Position numbers and translations under genes: made by a program. A DNA stretch of 64,000 bases from Octopus vulgaris (lineage: Eukaryota). The DNA is taken from positions 8,804,001 through 8,868,000 of the forward strand of contig OX597833.1 of assembly GCA_951406725.2 (NCBI GenBank). Reading direction: 5' to 3'. Of this stretch, positions 1 to 13,567 are shown piece after piece. The stretch's first letter is position 1, and each line of letters opens with the position of its first letter. The notes under the pieces are model-generated. The model worked only from the letters and a program-made list of their open reading frames with translations. It had not been told where the DNA came from and made no database searches.

Positions 1-424
1 CGCCCATTGGATGCCTGCTGAGCCCAGGGTCAGCTTCTTTACAATCCTCTGTTGTTCAGCAGCCACTCTCCACACTGCATCTTCTTAACCCACCTTGGGC
101 CCAACATCCATTCTCAGCTTGCCAACCTGCTGGTATGTATGTGTTTATGCATATGCAAATCCTCCACTCTTAACCCATTAATGCCCACCACCAACATTTT
201 TGAATTCTTTACTTTGTTATGCTCACATGAATCTAGCACAATGTATAAATGATCAAAGCATGGCTTTGATGCCAAATATGGTCAGAAAAATTATTATTCT
301 TTATCTTCAGAAAGTTTTTTGATGCCCAAATTTATGAAATTATTTTAAATGAATATTTTCATTAAAAAAAAAAGGGCATTAATGGATTTTAAAAAGGTAC
401 AGATAGGGTGTATGGAAAGACGAG

Positions 425-528
<104 letters not shown>

Positions 529-614
529 GTAGGTACTGTAAATTTAGGGTGAATACTTGATAAGTGTAAGCACCTGTATATGCCAGATAGTGGCAGAGGT
601 GTATGTATGTATGT

Positions 615-672
<58 letters not shown>

Positions 673-889
673 CTACAAAATTACAAAATGGAGAAACATA
701 CTTAAATCAATCAAACATCAACCATCAGATGATACCCAATCAATATTTTATTACACCATTACATAACAGTAAAGGCATTATACAAAATATATTGTAAATA
801 TAATTAGACAAGGAAATAGAAATATAAAATATAAAATATAATATGTAATTATATCATATCATGGTGGGTTGAATTTTCAACCCCTATCT

Positions 890-1180
<291 letters not shown>

Positions 1181-1411
1181 TGTAAATTTTATATATATAT
1201 ATATCGCCATGATTGACCGCTAACTCCACAAGGTTTTTTTATTCTCTCTGTTTATTTCCTTGTGTTCCTTTCTGTTGAAGAGCGTAGGTTCGAAACGTAA
1301 AAGACTTTCTCATCTTCCTGAGTGTCAAACTAATACACCTGCTTGTTGTTTATACACCTGTTTTCGTCTTGTTTTTCTTTAAATTTCAACTATATATATA
1401 TATGTATGTAT

Positions 1412-1746
1412 GTAGGGAAGGGGCTCCAAAAGGGGTTCCAGGGTGTAGCATACCTGTCTTCCTAAGCTAGCTTTCCACCTCATTTCTAACAAATCATGGT
1501 GGAGCCCTTGGTCTTGGGACCGCTGATGCCTAGAAACTAAGGTTGGGAGTAAGCATGCTCCCTGTAGAAAATACACAACCTAACGAGCCTCATGATAGCA
1601 AAAAGGAATGGGCACCAGGCAGCCCAAAGGTTGGGGTGGGCTGCATCTGCCAACGTCAGTTGCTATGGCATTGAGGTAGATCCAGCCACCCCCGTTAATG
1701 GGGACAAAACCCAGATTTAAAACACTGAATGATGATGATGATGATA
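1412..1746 (+). mobile_element. Retroposon fragment with (GAT)n tail (paralog 32294-32636)
   Basis: GC-richer block ending cccagatttaaaacactgaatgatgatgat. Confidence 0.5.
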
Positions 1747-2944
1747 TATATACAGACACACACACACACACACTCACACACACACACACTCACAAGTAAT
1801 CATTTGAACTTTGTGTATATGGCTACTATTATAACAATTCAAGCACTTTCACTGTTCTGGCTACCTGATGTCATCCACTGATTTGATATCACTTTTACTG
1901 GATCTTGTAAATGTGTGGAAATGAGATGATCAGAAGAAGGCATTTTGGAGGGCGGCGGTGGGGGGGGGGGTTAACATAACACAGATTTATTTAAAGAGAG
2001 GGTAACATGGTGTAAGAAATAAACAAAGGTAATTATGATTTACACCTGTGTGCAATGATAGAAATAACAATCTGCTATTTCACATAGCATGCACACCTAC
2101 CTAGAAAATTCTACCTCACGTCATTGATTGAGAATGCACTCAGTCACTTTTGCAGCTGCACTCTCTATTGCTCGTGTATGCACACTCGCATGCACGCTGA
2201 TCCAGGCATGCAAATACTGCACAATTCATACACAAAGCAATACATCACTATTCGAACTCACCTGAATAGATACCTGTTCCCGTATACATTTACATGATTC
2301 TCTCTCTTGATATGCACAATTTTTCTCAGTTTCGCATCACATTCATCTGAAAACAAAATGCTTCATACTTTTCACAATTTTCTGCGTTGTTTTTCCTTTT
2401 ATGCCTAATTCACATTCATGCAATTGTTTTCCTTACTCGATGTTCTGAAAACTATACTTTCTACCATTCCACATGCACTCCAATCTCGCACACGTTCACT
2501 GTATATTTCTTAGTTTTCTCCACTTGCATTTTCTCTTTTACTCACTTTCCCTAGATCCTCCTTTTCTTCAGAAACTCTTTAGGTGGGGAATATTGTGAGT
2601 GACCATTTTCTCCTGTGGTTACTCAAGATTGTAAACCGAATCCACATACCTGTTGCTTGTCACATGGTTGTCTCATCCTTTCTGTTTTATTAAATTGTGT
2701 AAATTGCTGTTTTACACCTTATTTTAGAGATGTCAAAGAACAGACGAGAAAATTTTTGTAGACATTCGAGGATTTGACAGGTGTAAACAATATTGGTTTC
2801 AAACATTGGTACAAGGGAGAAGTCGATTGCATTGACCCCAATATTCAACTGGTACCTTTTAATCAACCGCAAAAGGATAAAGGGCAAAGTCAACCTTGGT
2901 GGAATACAGGTATAAGTAATATTTCTGCATGAAAGCAAATTCGA

Positions 2945-3370
2945 TGACTGGCATCCGTGCTAGCGGGGTGCAAAGAGCACCATCCGTGCTAGTGGGGTGC
3001 AAAGAGCACCATCCGTGCTAGTCGGGTGCAAAGAGCACCATCCGTGCTAGTCGGGTGCAAAGAGCACCATCCGAGTGTGATCGTTGCCAGAGCAGCCAAC
3101 TGGCTTCCATGCTGGTGGCACGTAAAGGGCACCATTCGAGCGTGATCGTTACCAGTGTCGCCTTACTGGCACCTGTGCCGGTGGCACATAAAAAGCACGC
3201 ACTACACTCTTGGAGGGGTTGGCGTTAGGAAGGGCATCGAGCTGTAGAAACTCTGCCAGATCAAGATTGGAGCCTGGTGCAGCCATCTGGTTCGCCAGCC
3301 CTCAGTCAAAATCGTCCAACCCATGCTAGCATGGAAAACGGACGTTAAACGATGATGACGATGATGATGA
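2945..3370 (+). mobile_element. SINE-like repeat with (GAT)n tail; 29-bp unit x4 at its 5' side
   Basis: Ends catgctagcatggaaaacggacgttaaacgatgatgac. Paralogs lie at 15445-15810 and 35702-36043. Confidence 0.75.
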
Positions 3371-3523
3371 CAATTAGAAGAGGCGAAGGGAAACATTTTG
3401 TCGTTATCTTCATTGCAGGGAAAAGAAGCAGCAGGTTACATTACAAAAAGAAAAGAGAAGCAAAGTCTATTCCAGGTGGAGACCATTTCTCTACCAGAAT
3501 GTGAACATCTTTTCTTTCAATTG

Positions 3524-3554
<31 letters not shown>

Positions 3555-3702
3555 CCCACCTTAACTCCTCCCCCCCCCCCCCATCTATCTTCCCCTCTCC
3601 CCCTCTCATGCCCCTCTAGCAGTTAATCTCACTTGTATAATGACAATATTAATACAGTGGGATGTAACACAGGTTTAACATTTTTTTCTTTTCTTTACCC
3701 AG

Positions 3703-5880
3703 GACTCTGATGAAAAAATAAAATTTTACAGGATAAAAGTTGAAGAATTTCCAAACATGCTGGAAGAATGTTTTAACCTTAAAGTGAATGCACTTAAGGC
3801 CAAGTTGCAAAAAGTTGAAAATGCCTTAAGAAATGAGATTTTGCTTGATTTACAAGAAGAAATTTGCAACCAACATGCTAAAGTCTTCCTCCTTTGGACT
3901 TTACATGAGCAAATATTGGCCAAGGAAATCTCCATTGAAATACTGGGAAAAGATCCGGATAACTTGTTGGCATTAACAAACCAAGCGTTAATGTTCGTGC
4001 ATTATGAAAATTTCCCTGAAGTCGATAGAGTGCTGGACAAACTGAACACTTTAAAAAGCAGCCCCAATTTCCCTTCATTGGAAGCAAGAGGTAAAGCTGA
4101 AATTGCCTTTGCATTTCTAGAATATCTTTTCACCATTATCAACGTGCCATTGAACTTTTCAAAGAAGCTCTCTTCAGGTTTGCCCAAACAATTACTTTTG
4201 GCTTTTTCGCCTGGCTCTGCTAATTTATCGTAGGATGAGGATATTATATGATAAAGAAAAGATAGAAAAATCTTCAAAGGAAGCTACTGAAATTCTTCAA
4301 AGAATTACTTCTAATTATCCTTGTTATGTTAATGATCATCTAATGGCTAAAACTTTGGCTTTGCTAGGCTCTCTTGAAAATCATCCATTTCTTCATATAC
4401 GTACTCCAAGAACAATTGAATATTTCCAGAGGGCTTGTAGTATGTTTCCCCAAGACCGATTTGTAATGGAAAAAAGTGCTACTTTCTATTTATCGATAGG
4501 TAAGTATGAAGATGCACAGAAATTGCTAGAGGAAGCCATTAAAAGAAATGAGACCTCACTTTCACATCATCGTCTTGGTACTATTTATAAAAATCAAATT
4601 CCTGAATACAGAGATTTGTGCGTTAAAGAATTACCCTTCTCCAATTGTGAAACACAAGAACTAAAAGAATTAAAAGTAGAAAAACGAATATTAAAATGTC
4701 CTGAGAGAATACCTGATATTGAAAGAAATGAAAATGTGGATAAGGCTGAATACCATCTTAAAAAAGCTTACAGTCTGGATCCTCGGAATATACCTGTCAT
4801 GCTTGATCTAGCTTTGTTATACAGAAGTGTGCGTGAATATGAAAATGCGATGAAATGTTTTGAAGATATTGACTTTTCACTTATGAACGTTTGGGACACC
4901 ACAATCAAATACTTCATTCAATATGGAAAATTTTGTTTTTTTCTGGCTGACAAAAAAGAAAGTGAAGAAGAGAAACAAGATTTAATAGATGTTGGTACGG
5001 ATATGTTTGTCTGTGCCATCAATCATTTATCTGAGATTCTGGTGCTCAATAAAAGACAGAAAGAAATTTGGGAAATCAAAAAGATAATGGAAGGAATTTA
5101 TAACTTTGCTGACACCGAATACAAAAGTAATCTAATGAAATTAATTCAGTCTATAAAAGAATTGCCTGATGAGGGAGGAATTTTCCCAAAACTTCTCAAA
5201 GAATGCGGTGGAAATGAACTTTCACAAAAATTACGATTGTTATGCCGACAGGAGGAATTTCAACAAGCTTTTCTCCATTTAGAGTTTTCTGGTTGTCAAC
5301 AAAGTGAAATTGATGTCGACCTGAGGAAAACAATTTATCTTCAATATGCTAAAGAGTTCCATGGAAAGAGACAGAAGGTAGCTACGATAATTTTCAAAAA
5401 ATATTACAAACTTTGCTTTGGCCAATCCCAAGAATCTGAACACAAAGCAGGTACTGTTGGCTCATCAAAGATTCCTTTTTTCAATATGATGTCTACATTT
5501 TAACATCCAAAAGTGATAATGGTGATGCTAAACATCTAGCAGAGAGTTTGGTGACATATTTTGGATTGCAAACTAGCTACGGAGACTCTGATTTCACTCT
5601 AGGAATAGGAAAAATGGTAAATGTTAATAAAGTAATGGAAGACAGCTGCCATATTGGAATCTTTTATTCCAAGGATATTTTATCTGAAACGAAATATGCC
5701 GTGGAAATTATGAAAAACCGAAAACTGAAAACTGGAAAGATTTTTCTGATAAACAGCAATAACAGTTCTGAGATAGCCAAACATTTACAAAGTTTTCCTA
5801 ATGTCGACTACAAGAACAAGAACAACATAGAACTGTTAAGACTCTTTGAATTGCTTTGTTCTTCAGAGAAAGATAGATAG
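3703..5880 (+). pseudogene. TPR-TIR gene copy 1, main coding exon (IFIT/TTC22-like TPR plus TIR-like domain); frameshifted in this sequence; exon 1 is upstream of the window
   Basis: Acceptor ttttcttttctttacccAG at 3701-3702. ORFs 3757-4233, 4235-5503 and 5548-5880 together match the intact 707-aa ORF at 36445. Indels relative to copy 3: -1 T (~4108), +2 TC (~4168), -1 T (~5478), all in simple repeats, so they may be assembly errors. Confidence 0.85.
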
Positions 5881-6091
5881 ATGGATGGATGGAATGGAGG
5901 ACGGACGGACGGACGGACGGACGGATTGACGAACAGATGGATGGATAGGTGGATGCATGCATACATATATACATATATACTCTTTTCCCTTGTGTTTTCT
6001 CTTGTACTCCATCACTACTAACTTTATTGTCTTCTTCCCAGCTACTCACACCCTGATATGAAGCAGCCATGTATCTCTTCTATAGCAAAAC

Positions 6092-6342
6092 TCCTGTGCA
6101 GGTGGCATATAAAAAGCACCATTTGAGCGTGGCTGTTGCCAGTACCGCCACACCGGCCCTTGTGCTGGTGGCACGTAAAAGCACCCACTACACTCTCGGA
6201 GTGGTTGGCCTTAGAAAGGGCATCAAGCTGTAGAAACTCTGCCAGATCAGATTGGAGCCTGGTGCAACCATCTTGTTTGCCAGTCCTCAGTCAAATCGTT
6301 CAACGCATGCTAACATGGAAAGCGGATGTTAAATGATGATGA

Positions 6343-6346
<4 letters not shown>
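6092..6346 (+). mobile_element. SINE-like repeat, same family, downstream of copy 1 (paralog 18541-18795)
   Basis: ggcacgtaaaagcacccactacactctcggagtggttgg...gttaaatgatgatg. Confidence 0.75.
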
Positions 6347-6409
<63 letters not shown>

Positions 6410-6539
6410 TATCCATATATATGTTAGGAATGGCCATAATAGGACATTCGACTCACTAGAAAGAGCAGTTAAACTCCAAACCACTAATAGTTGTAATTCT
6501 GAAATGGAAAGAGAAATAAAAACGTTTACCCCCTCCTAT

Positions 6540-6614
6540 CTGGACTATGCATAGTTTCGGCAATCTTTAGTAAATAAATTAAATTTATTTACAACTGGCG
6601 TGCCTCTTCAGCAG
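6540..6614 (-). ncRNA. Hammerhead ribozyme motif (type I, palindromic stem III)
   Basis: Minus strand reads CUG-CUGAAGA-GGCA...UGCC-GAAA-CUAUGCAUAG-UC-CAG. A paralog lies at 18957-19031. Confidence 0.75.
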
Positions 6615-9026
6615 AAAACTAAGGACTACCATATAGTCACAAAGCAATAATAACCATGCTTCGAGTCTATATGCTATAACTTTTCAAAATCCACCATGTA
6701 CATCAATGAGTAATATGATACAATAAGTAGGGTGTACATTAATGCGACTAAAAATAGTATGAAACAACGACTAAACTATCATAGATACACTTTTAAAAAT
6801 AAAAATAGGATGAATTCTACGGGGTTAAGTACTTATATTTGGGAACTTAAGAGCAAGAATATAGATTTTGATTTAAATTGGAAAATACTCACTTCCGCAC
6901 CAGTATATAATAATAGAAATAAAAAATGCTCTTTATGTATCAATGAAATTTTCTTCAACATCAAGGCTGGCCTACCCATTATTAATAATATTAATGAGCG
7001 GAATTAATTTTGCCTTCACAGACTAGCGTATACCTTCTCTAGATTTAAATAGCGCCTAGTTTTTTTACCAGTAATTTTTTAACATTTTTCTATATCGAAT
7101 TGTGCTCTTGGACATTATAATTTATAATTTTATATCTCCATATATGTGTTCTGTATTGATTTGTTTTTGTCTCGGCTTGAAAATATATTGAAATATATAT
7201 GTATATTCTGATATATACATGGTATTTTGATCTTCATGGAGTTTTCCATTGGTGTTGGGTATATTTACTTATATATTTACTTATATATTTACTTATATTT
7301 TGTGTGTATGTATATGTATATGTTTATGTGTAGGTGTATGTATTAGTCTACGCATACATGTGTATACGTATGTTGATATATGTGATTGTATATATATATA
7401 TGTATATATATATCTTCCTAGTAAGCTTTCCCATGTATTTGTTTGGCAGTTTTATATATTGAGTTCTCTTTGTATACGTCTAAATTTGTATTTCATTTTA
7501 TCATTTTTTTTAATTTAATTTTTTTTCTTCTTTATTATTACTATTATTATTATTTTATTTTATTTTATTTTTTATTCATTATTTATTATTTATTATTTTT
7601 TATTTTTTATCTTTTATTTATTTTTTTAGTTACAGGCACCTATTAATTTATAATTAATTTAATTTATAATTAATTTATATCTTACATTTTATATTTAATA
7701 ACACTTTCTGTATATTGTATATGTGTTTATATGTCCTTCGGTTGTTTGGTTATGAATGTATATATATGCAAAGCTGTGGGCAGACTTGTATATCTATAAT
7801 TTCGTACGTATATGTGGATATGTCTACATATGTTCATGTGTATATGTATATATATATGCATATGTATATTTATATGTATATATATATTCATGGGTGGATA
7901 TATGTGTATATGTTTCTTTTTATATATATATCAATACATATATGAGTGTGTATGTATGTATATGCAAATGTTTGCGGATGCAGTGCATGCGAGTGTATAT
8001 ATGTATATGGCTGTGTGCGGGGGGGGGGGGGTATGTATGTTGGTGCAGTTTTCCCATGCCTATGCTTGTTTATTAGGGAAGGTTTGAGTGGGAACACAGT
8101 CGAAATTGTGGTTATCTGGAAGGTTTCACAGCACGATAACTGTTTACGAAATTTGTGGTGTAATTTCAATTATGTATCTTATGCTAATAACGTACTTCGA
8201 CTGAGTATGGGTGTCTGTTTCCATGCATGTATGTATATTTATGGATATATGTGAGTAGTTGTGTATGTAAACATATATGTGTGTATGTAAGCTTGTATTT
8301 CCTGTATTATGATTTATCCATGTATATATGTGTAAGCGCACATATACGTGTGTACGTCTGTAAGTATTTCTTAACAAACCAACCGTAACGAAGACAATTG
8401 AAATTCAAATGTGCCGCCCAATCGTATTGGCGTTCGATCTTTAGCTATCTCTGAACTTAATACTTTACACATATCACAGTCAAAATTATGGCTGGCACCC
8501 GTGTATATGCTTGTGCACCTGTGAAATTTGCTATGATGTAAATTAATGTTTTTCTTTTTTCATTTTTATGGTACTGTATTATTGTTGTTGTTTTTGCTAT
8601 TATGTTGCTAACCGCGTGATGCATATATTGTTTTGCTGGTATTAATGTTAATGTTATTAATAATAACAATAATGATATTAGTAGCAATAGTGGCAATGAT
8701 AATAGTAATGATGGTAATATTAATGACATTTTGTAACTTAATATAATGAACTCTTGACTTTGTATATCTGCATTTGAATATAGATATGTGTATGTTTGTA
8801 TATTGTAATATTCTAATATATTGTTTTGAACAACTGTAACCTTGAATATAGAACATATGTATGTATATTGCTGTATATTATTATGTGTATGTATATATAT
8901 ATATATATAGGAGTATGGGTATATGCACTCATATGTATGTGTATATTATATATTATGGGTATGTACCCACTCTTGTATGGGTGTACCTCGTCTGATATTC
9001 ATATTTAATTTAGTTTGTACTTCATA

Positions 9027-9153
9027 ATCTCTGAAGAGGCCTTGGGATATTTTTGTAAGTGTCTCATTTATAACCACATATTAACTTATCACACATGGCT
9101 AATATGAGCATAATGACATACCCATATCTGCATGGCTGAAACAGCTGTAAGAT
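9027..9153 (+). ncRNA. Hammerhead ribozyme motif with extended stem II
   Basis: AUCU-CUGAAGA-GGCC...GGCU-GAAA-CAGCUG-UA-AGAU. Confidence 0.7.
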
Positions 9154-9522
9154 GTACTTTATATTTATATTTATTTATATTTACTTATGCATATTGTACT
9201 TATTGTATAATATTACTCATTGATGTACATTGTTTTGTTCTATACTATTATGTTTGACCTTAATGTTCATATGTAGTGGTTTAATAAATTATGTGATTGG
9301 GTATTATCTTGTTGTTGATTATTGATTAAGGTGTATTTCTCCATTTTCTTATTTTGTATTATTAATTTGTGGTAAAACATTTTACCTTTGCCCATATAAT
9401 ACAGTAAATCAATTAATTGCATCACAATTCTTAACATTTATGTATTAAGTTTGTTGGGTGCTTTACTGGCAGAATATTGGATATATGTTATCCCATGGAG
9501 GGTTATACTCACAACCCCTATC

Positions 9523-9568
<46 letters not shown>

Positions 9569-10927
9569 TAGTAAATCCAAACAAAGAAGAAACAAGAAAA
9601 AACAATGATGCGAGGACGTGGTACAAGTCCTGTCTTATCAGACGCTCAGGAAACGAAGGAAAGGGTATTTAACGTTTCGAGCCTTGCTCTTTTTCAGAAA
9701 TAGAAGAAAGAAGGGAAAACATAAGAAGAAAATCACCACCGATACCCACCTGGTTAAGACAGCAGAGTGCAAGAGAAGGAGACGTGTGTGTGTGTGCGCA
9801 GGTCTGTGTGTGTAATAATAGCACGTGTATGTGTGTGAGTGTGTGTGGTTTTGGTTTATGTGTGTGTGTGTGTGTGTGTGAGAGTGGACTTTGTGTCAAT
9901 GTCGTAGGAAGAATTTATGGTAAGAATATTAGGTAGGAGTTTTTTTGTGTGTGTGTCCCTTCACATGCGCTGAGGAGAATGATCAGTAGAAAGGTGTTTA
10001 CCTGGTAGTTTGAAGTATGTGTGTGTCTGTGTGTGTGTGTATATGTATATGTTGTGTGTGTGTTTTGTATGCTTGTTTATGTGTATGCATTGGGTTGTGT
10101 GTGGAGTTGTCTGAAGCAAATGTGCATTACTCTGTGTGTGTGTGTGTGTGTGTGTGCATGTATATATAATTGTGTGCGTGTATGTATGAGTGTGTATGGC
10201 AGGTATGTGTGGGTTCATTTGTCTATGTGTATGTGCGCGTGGGTGTATGTGTGTGTGTATTTTTTCGTGTGTGTGTGTATGTATGTGTGCGTGTATACAG
10301 AAATAAAATAAAAAATAAATTATAATAAGGTTGATAGGGGATAAAGAAGAAGAAGTTGATACGATATAAAGTGGAGCAATTGAAAACAAAAATGAAAGAA
10401 AGTTGCTTTGTTAGGTCTGTCGTTCTTCGTTATTTCTGTAATAAAAATAGTTTTGAATGATTTCTGTGCGAGTGTATGATATGGGTGCGTGTGTATGTGT
10501 GTGAGAGAGCAAGAGCGAGAATTTCATTAAAAACTGCCCATTTTCCTGCAAGTTATAACAATCGGAATCTACTTCACCAGAAAATATGTTTGTAGAAAAT
10601 TTCGTTAAAAAACAAAAATACGTATTAAGTGGGCGGCTCTAACTTATGCTTGTATACCCTGATAACGGGAGGCCCCGAAACGGCCCTCATTCTCTCCTGT
10701 TCACCTCCATAAACGTGACAGTATCTGGAGTGCAGGGCTCTGAACTGCTAGCACTTGCACTGGCAAGGTGTTTGCAAGCACAGAAATAAATGAATGCCCG
10801 CTTTCTACGTCAGTCAGTGAAGGCAGTCACTGACGTAGATTTTAAAATACGTATCTTCGTAAATTCACTCAATACGATAAGGTTGTTTGGCAAAGTCCAG
10901 TAAATAGGATAAAGGTTGTCATGAGAT

Positions 10928-11216
10928 AAAAGTGAAACTACATTTAAAATTGTTTTGACAACTTGTAACTTCTTTCGAGAAGTTTCCAGCTTTGAAAAAC
11001 ACTTCAACACATTCCAGCTGTGAAGAATCTACACAAAACTTAGACTAAACTTCTTCTGTCGTCTAATTTGTAGAATTTATTTCACTGACAGAAACTAAGA
11101 AGGATAAAAAAGAAAGAGAAAGAAACGTTTGAACTGTTTCCCGTTTCATTTCCTTATTTCCTCGCTGTTAACCTGATTCCATCAAAGTCTTTCTTCGCAC
11201 TTGTCCGCTTTATAAA
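10928..11216 (+). promoter_or_regulatory. Putative promoter of copy 2 with IRF/ISRE-like motifs and TATA box
   Basis: AAAAGTGAAACT at 10928-10939, GAAAGAGAAAGAAAC at 11112-11126, GTTTCCCGTTTCATTTCC at 11136-11153, and TATAAA at 11211, 35 nt before the ATG. Confidence 0.5.
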
Positions 11217-11245
11217 TTCTTTCCTGACACAACTTCAGCGACGAG

Positions 11246-11287
11246 ATGGAAACAGACTTCCTTCGACAAATGGTCAACTTGACACTC
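11246..11287 (+). CDS. Predicted coding exon 1 of TPR-TIR copy 2 (METDFLRQMVNLTL)
   Basis: ATG in gagATGg context, 14 codons, then canonical donor GTAAGT at 11288. Phase 0 joins in frame to the acceptor at 16160. The exon is conserved at 23445. Confidence 0.7.
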
Positions 11288-11542
11288 GTAAGTATAGAAT
11301 CAATCATTCAATCAATCAATTTATATCGGTTATTGTTCACAACTTGTTTCAAATGGCATACATTACGATTATAAGGATTTTGTGGCTAAAATCTTTTCCA
11401 AGGGGGTGGCGAGATGACTTCGGAAGATTCACAAGATCCGAGTTTCTCCCTCATAACTGTAGATATGTGTGTGTGTGTGTGTATATATGTGTGTGTATGG
11501 GTGTGTATATATATGTATATAATATATATATGTATATATAAA

Positions 11543-11630
<88 letters not shown>

Positions 11631-11914
11631 ATGTATGTATGTATGTATATGAAAAGAGTAATATTGTCTCAGAGAAACAAAAGGGTTTATAGGACTGTAA
11701 AAGAAATGCTCAAATATAAATGAGTCGAAGATAAGCTGTTCTATTTGTATTATATTTGGATATATATATATTTTTTACATTTTCTGCTTTTCTGTATACG
11801 TTATATTTCTTTTGTGTTTGTAGACCACGGGGTTTTATATGATTAAATGTTTGAGGGGTCATGTTGTATGGAAAGTCGACCCAAAATTAATGTTTGTTCT
11901 ATAACTAATGCTTC

Positions 11915-13425
11915 TGTAGCAATATCGTTACACTCATTGCCGCTGCATGTATATATGGTCAGTAAATATTAATGGGATCGCATGCGATTGTATTCCCTAT
12001 ACGATACGAACGCATGTGATCCTATTTTTATACTGGTGACCCCCTTTAATACGCAGCCATTCTGATATACTGCGCGGCCGACGGTAAACATAAGTTACGG
12101 AATTGACACAAGAGAACGCTGAAGAAGGAACTTTTTAAGAAAAAAAAAAAATATATATATATATATATAATAATATCAATTTTATCGCCGTTTTATCGTC
12201 TGGCAAGAGGCTATATGTAGCAATATCGTTACACTCAATGCGATCTTCACTGTTTGAGAAGAGTATTAAGAATAATCTCGTTCGAGATTACAAACATCTT
12301 CGGCTAGTTTAACATTGTTGTAAACACTAATTCTATTGGCTGACACGTGGTCTCTACTACGTTCGCACCGCTGGTTGTCACGTGACGCGATTTGCCTCCG
12401 CTTATTTTCGCGCCATTGTTCCAAGCAGCCAATCACAGCTTTCCATTTCTGAAGTTCGTTTTGAGCCTCATAAACCTTACATAAAGAAGGGTTCTCAGAC
12501 AAATATTCGTCTTTGGTTCAAGTCCTTCTCAGGGCGAACCTCTGACCACAGAATCCGTCTTTGGTTCAAGTCCTTCTCAGGGCGAACCTCTGACCACAGA
12601 GTTCGTCTTTGGTTCAAGTCCTTCTCAGGGCGAACCTCTGACCACACAGAGTTCGTCTTAGGTTTCTAGTCCTTCTCAGGGCTAACCTCTGACCACAGAG
12701 CTCGTCTTTGGTTCAAGTCCTTCTCAGGGCGAACCTCTGACCACACAGAGCATACCAACTATGTTCCAGTTCGAACGGCAGGCGACCATCATTATATCAA
12801 GAGAAAAATAACCAAGCAGAATATATGATGAAGACGCAGCAAAAACCAAGCAACAGACGCAACTCATCGCCGAACATCGAAGATTTAATTTCTACACAAG
12901 ACAACTACAGATTCAACTATAGCGGTTAGGTGAAAATCTCACCACGGGAAAAACGGCTACAGTTAACACATCTGGAAGTATATTCATATCAAGAGAAAGA
13001 TAAACACAAGTGATTCAATTAATCTCAACTACGAGACGCAACATCTTGATATGGAACTCTTACCCTCCGTGTACCTCATAAACGGTAAATCAATTATCTG
13101 TTTTGAGTTCTAGTTCTTCTAAGAACTACCTTAAGCTATCTGCTACTACCTGTTGCTAGGCTGATACCAACAACAGGAACTGTGAACCAAATTCCATTGT
13201 TATTTCTCTGGTCAGTACCTTTTATGCCTCACGAACACACAACACAAAAACATGCTAACACTTACAAACTTCCAACCAACGTGATTGTAAAATATGTAAA
13301 ATAAATAATGTATATATCTCAAAAAGAAATCTTGTTGTCATTCCACTTGTGTTCTATTGCCGCTGTATGGCCACGTGCGACCGTGTCTCCTATACGATAC
13401 GACCGCATGTGAGCCTATTTTTATA
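11915..13425 (+). mobile_element. Non-autonomous LTR element: internally deleted 5' LTR (11915-12032), PBS-like site, ~180-bp interior, 3' LTR (12216-13425)
   Basis: Both repeats start TGTAGCAATATCGTTACACTCA and end cgcatgtga.cctatttttata. TGGTGACCCC lies at 12034. A 4-bp flanking duplication CTTC sits at 11911-11914 and 13426-13429. Confidence 0.75.
12506..12750 (+). repeat. Five tandem 48-50-bp units inside the LTR
   Basis: Unit ttcgtctttGGTTCAAGTCCttctcagggcgaacctctgaccacagag, with no unique spacers. Confidence 0.95.
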
Positions 13426-13467
13426 CTTCTTTATATATATATGTATGTATATAGATGTATGTATGTA

Positions 13468-13567
<100 letters not shown>

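Larger units (their letters stand above)
6424..9530 (+). mobile_element. Penelope-like element remnant (GIY-YIG fragment, long simple-repeat 3' region, hammerheads)
   Basis: 6732-7007 encodes YINAT..MKQRLNYH..STGLSTYIWELK..WKIL..CSLCINE. Hammerhead motifs lie at 6540-6614 (-) and 9027-9153 (+). Confidence 0.75.
2430..11350 (+). repeat. Segmental duplication block, paralogous to ~14920-23550
   Basis: Near-identical sequence and order: intron end, main exon, SINE, PLE remnant, promoter and next exon 1, at an offset of ~12.3 kb. Confidence 0.9.

Noticed and set aside
2690-2938. 82-aa minus-strand ORF conserved in all three units
   Set aside because: Conservation reflects the recent duplication; non-ATG start and no domain features.
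10655-10692. Hammerhead-like ctgataacgggaggccccgaaacggccctc
   Set aside because: The core deviates (CUGAUAA), stem III cannot close and there is no stem I; at best a decayed motif.
11295-11320. (AATC)n right after the exon-1 donor resembles the LINE C/D tail
   Set aside because: No upstream LINE 3' UTR motif is present; most likely an ordinary microsatellite.
12506-12750. CRISPR-like array
   Set aside because: Units are contiguous tandem repeats with no unique spacers, the context is eukaryotic, and there are no cas genes.
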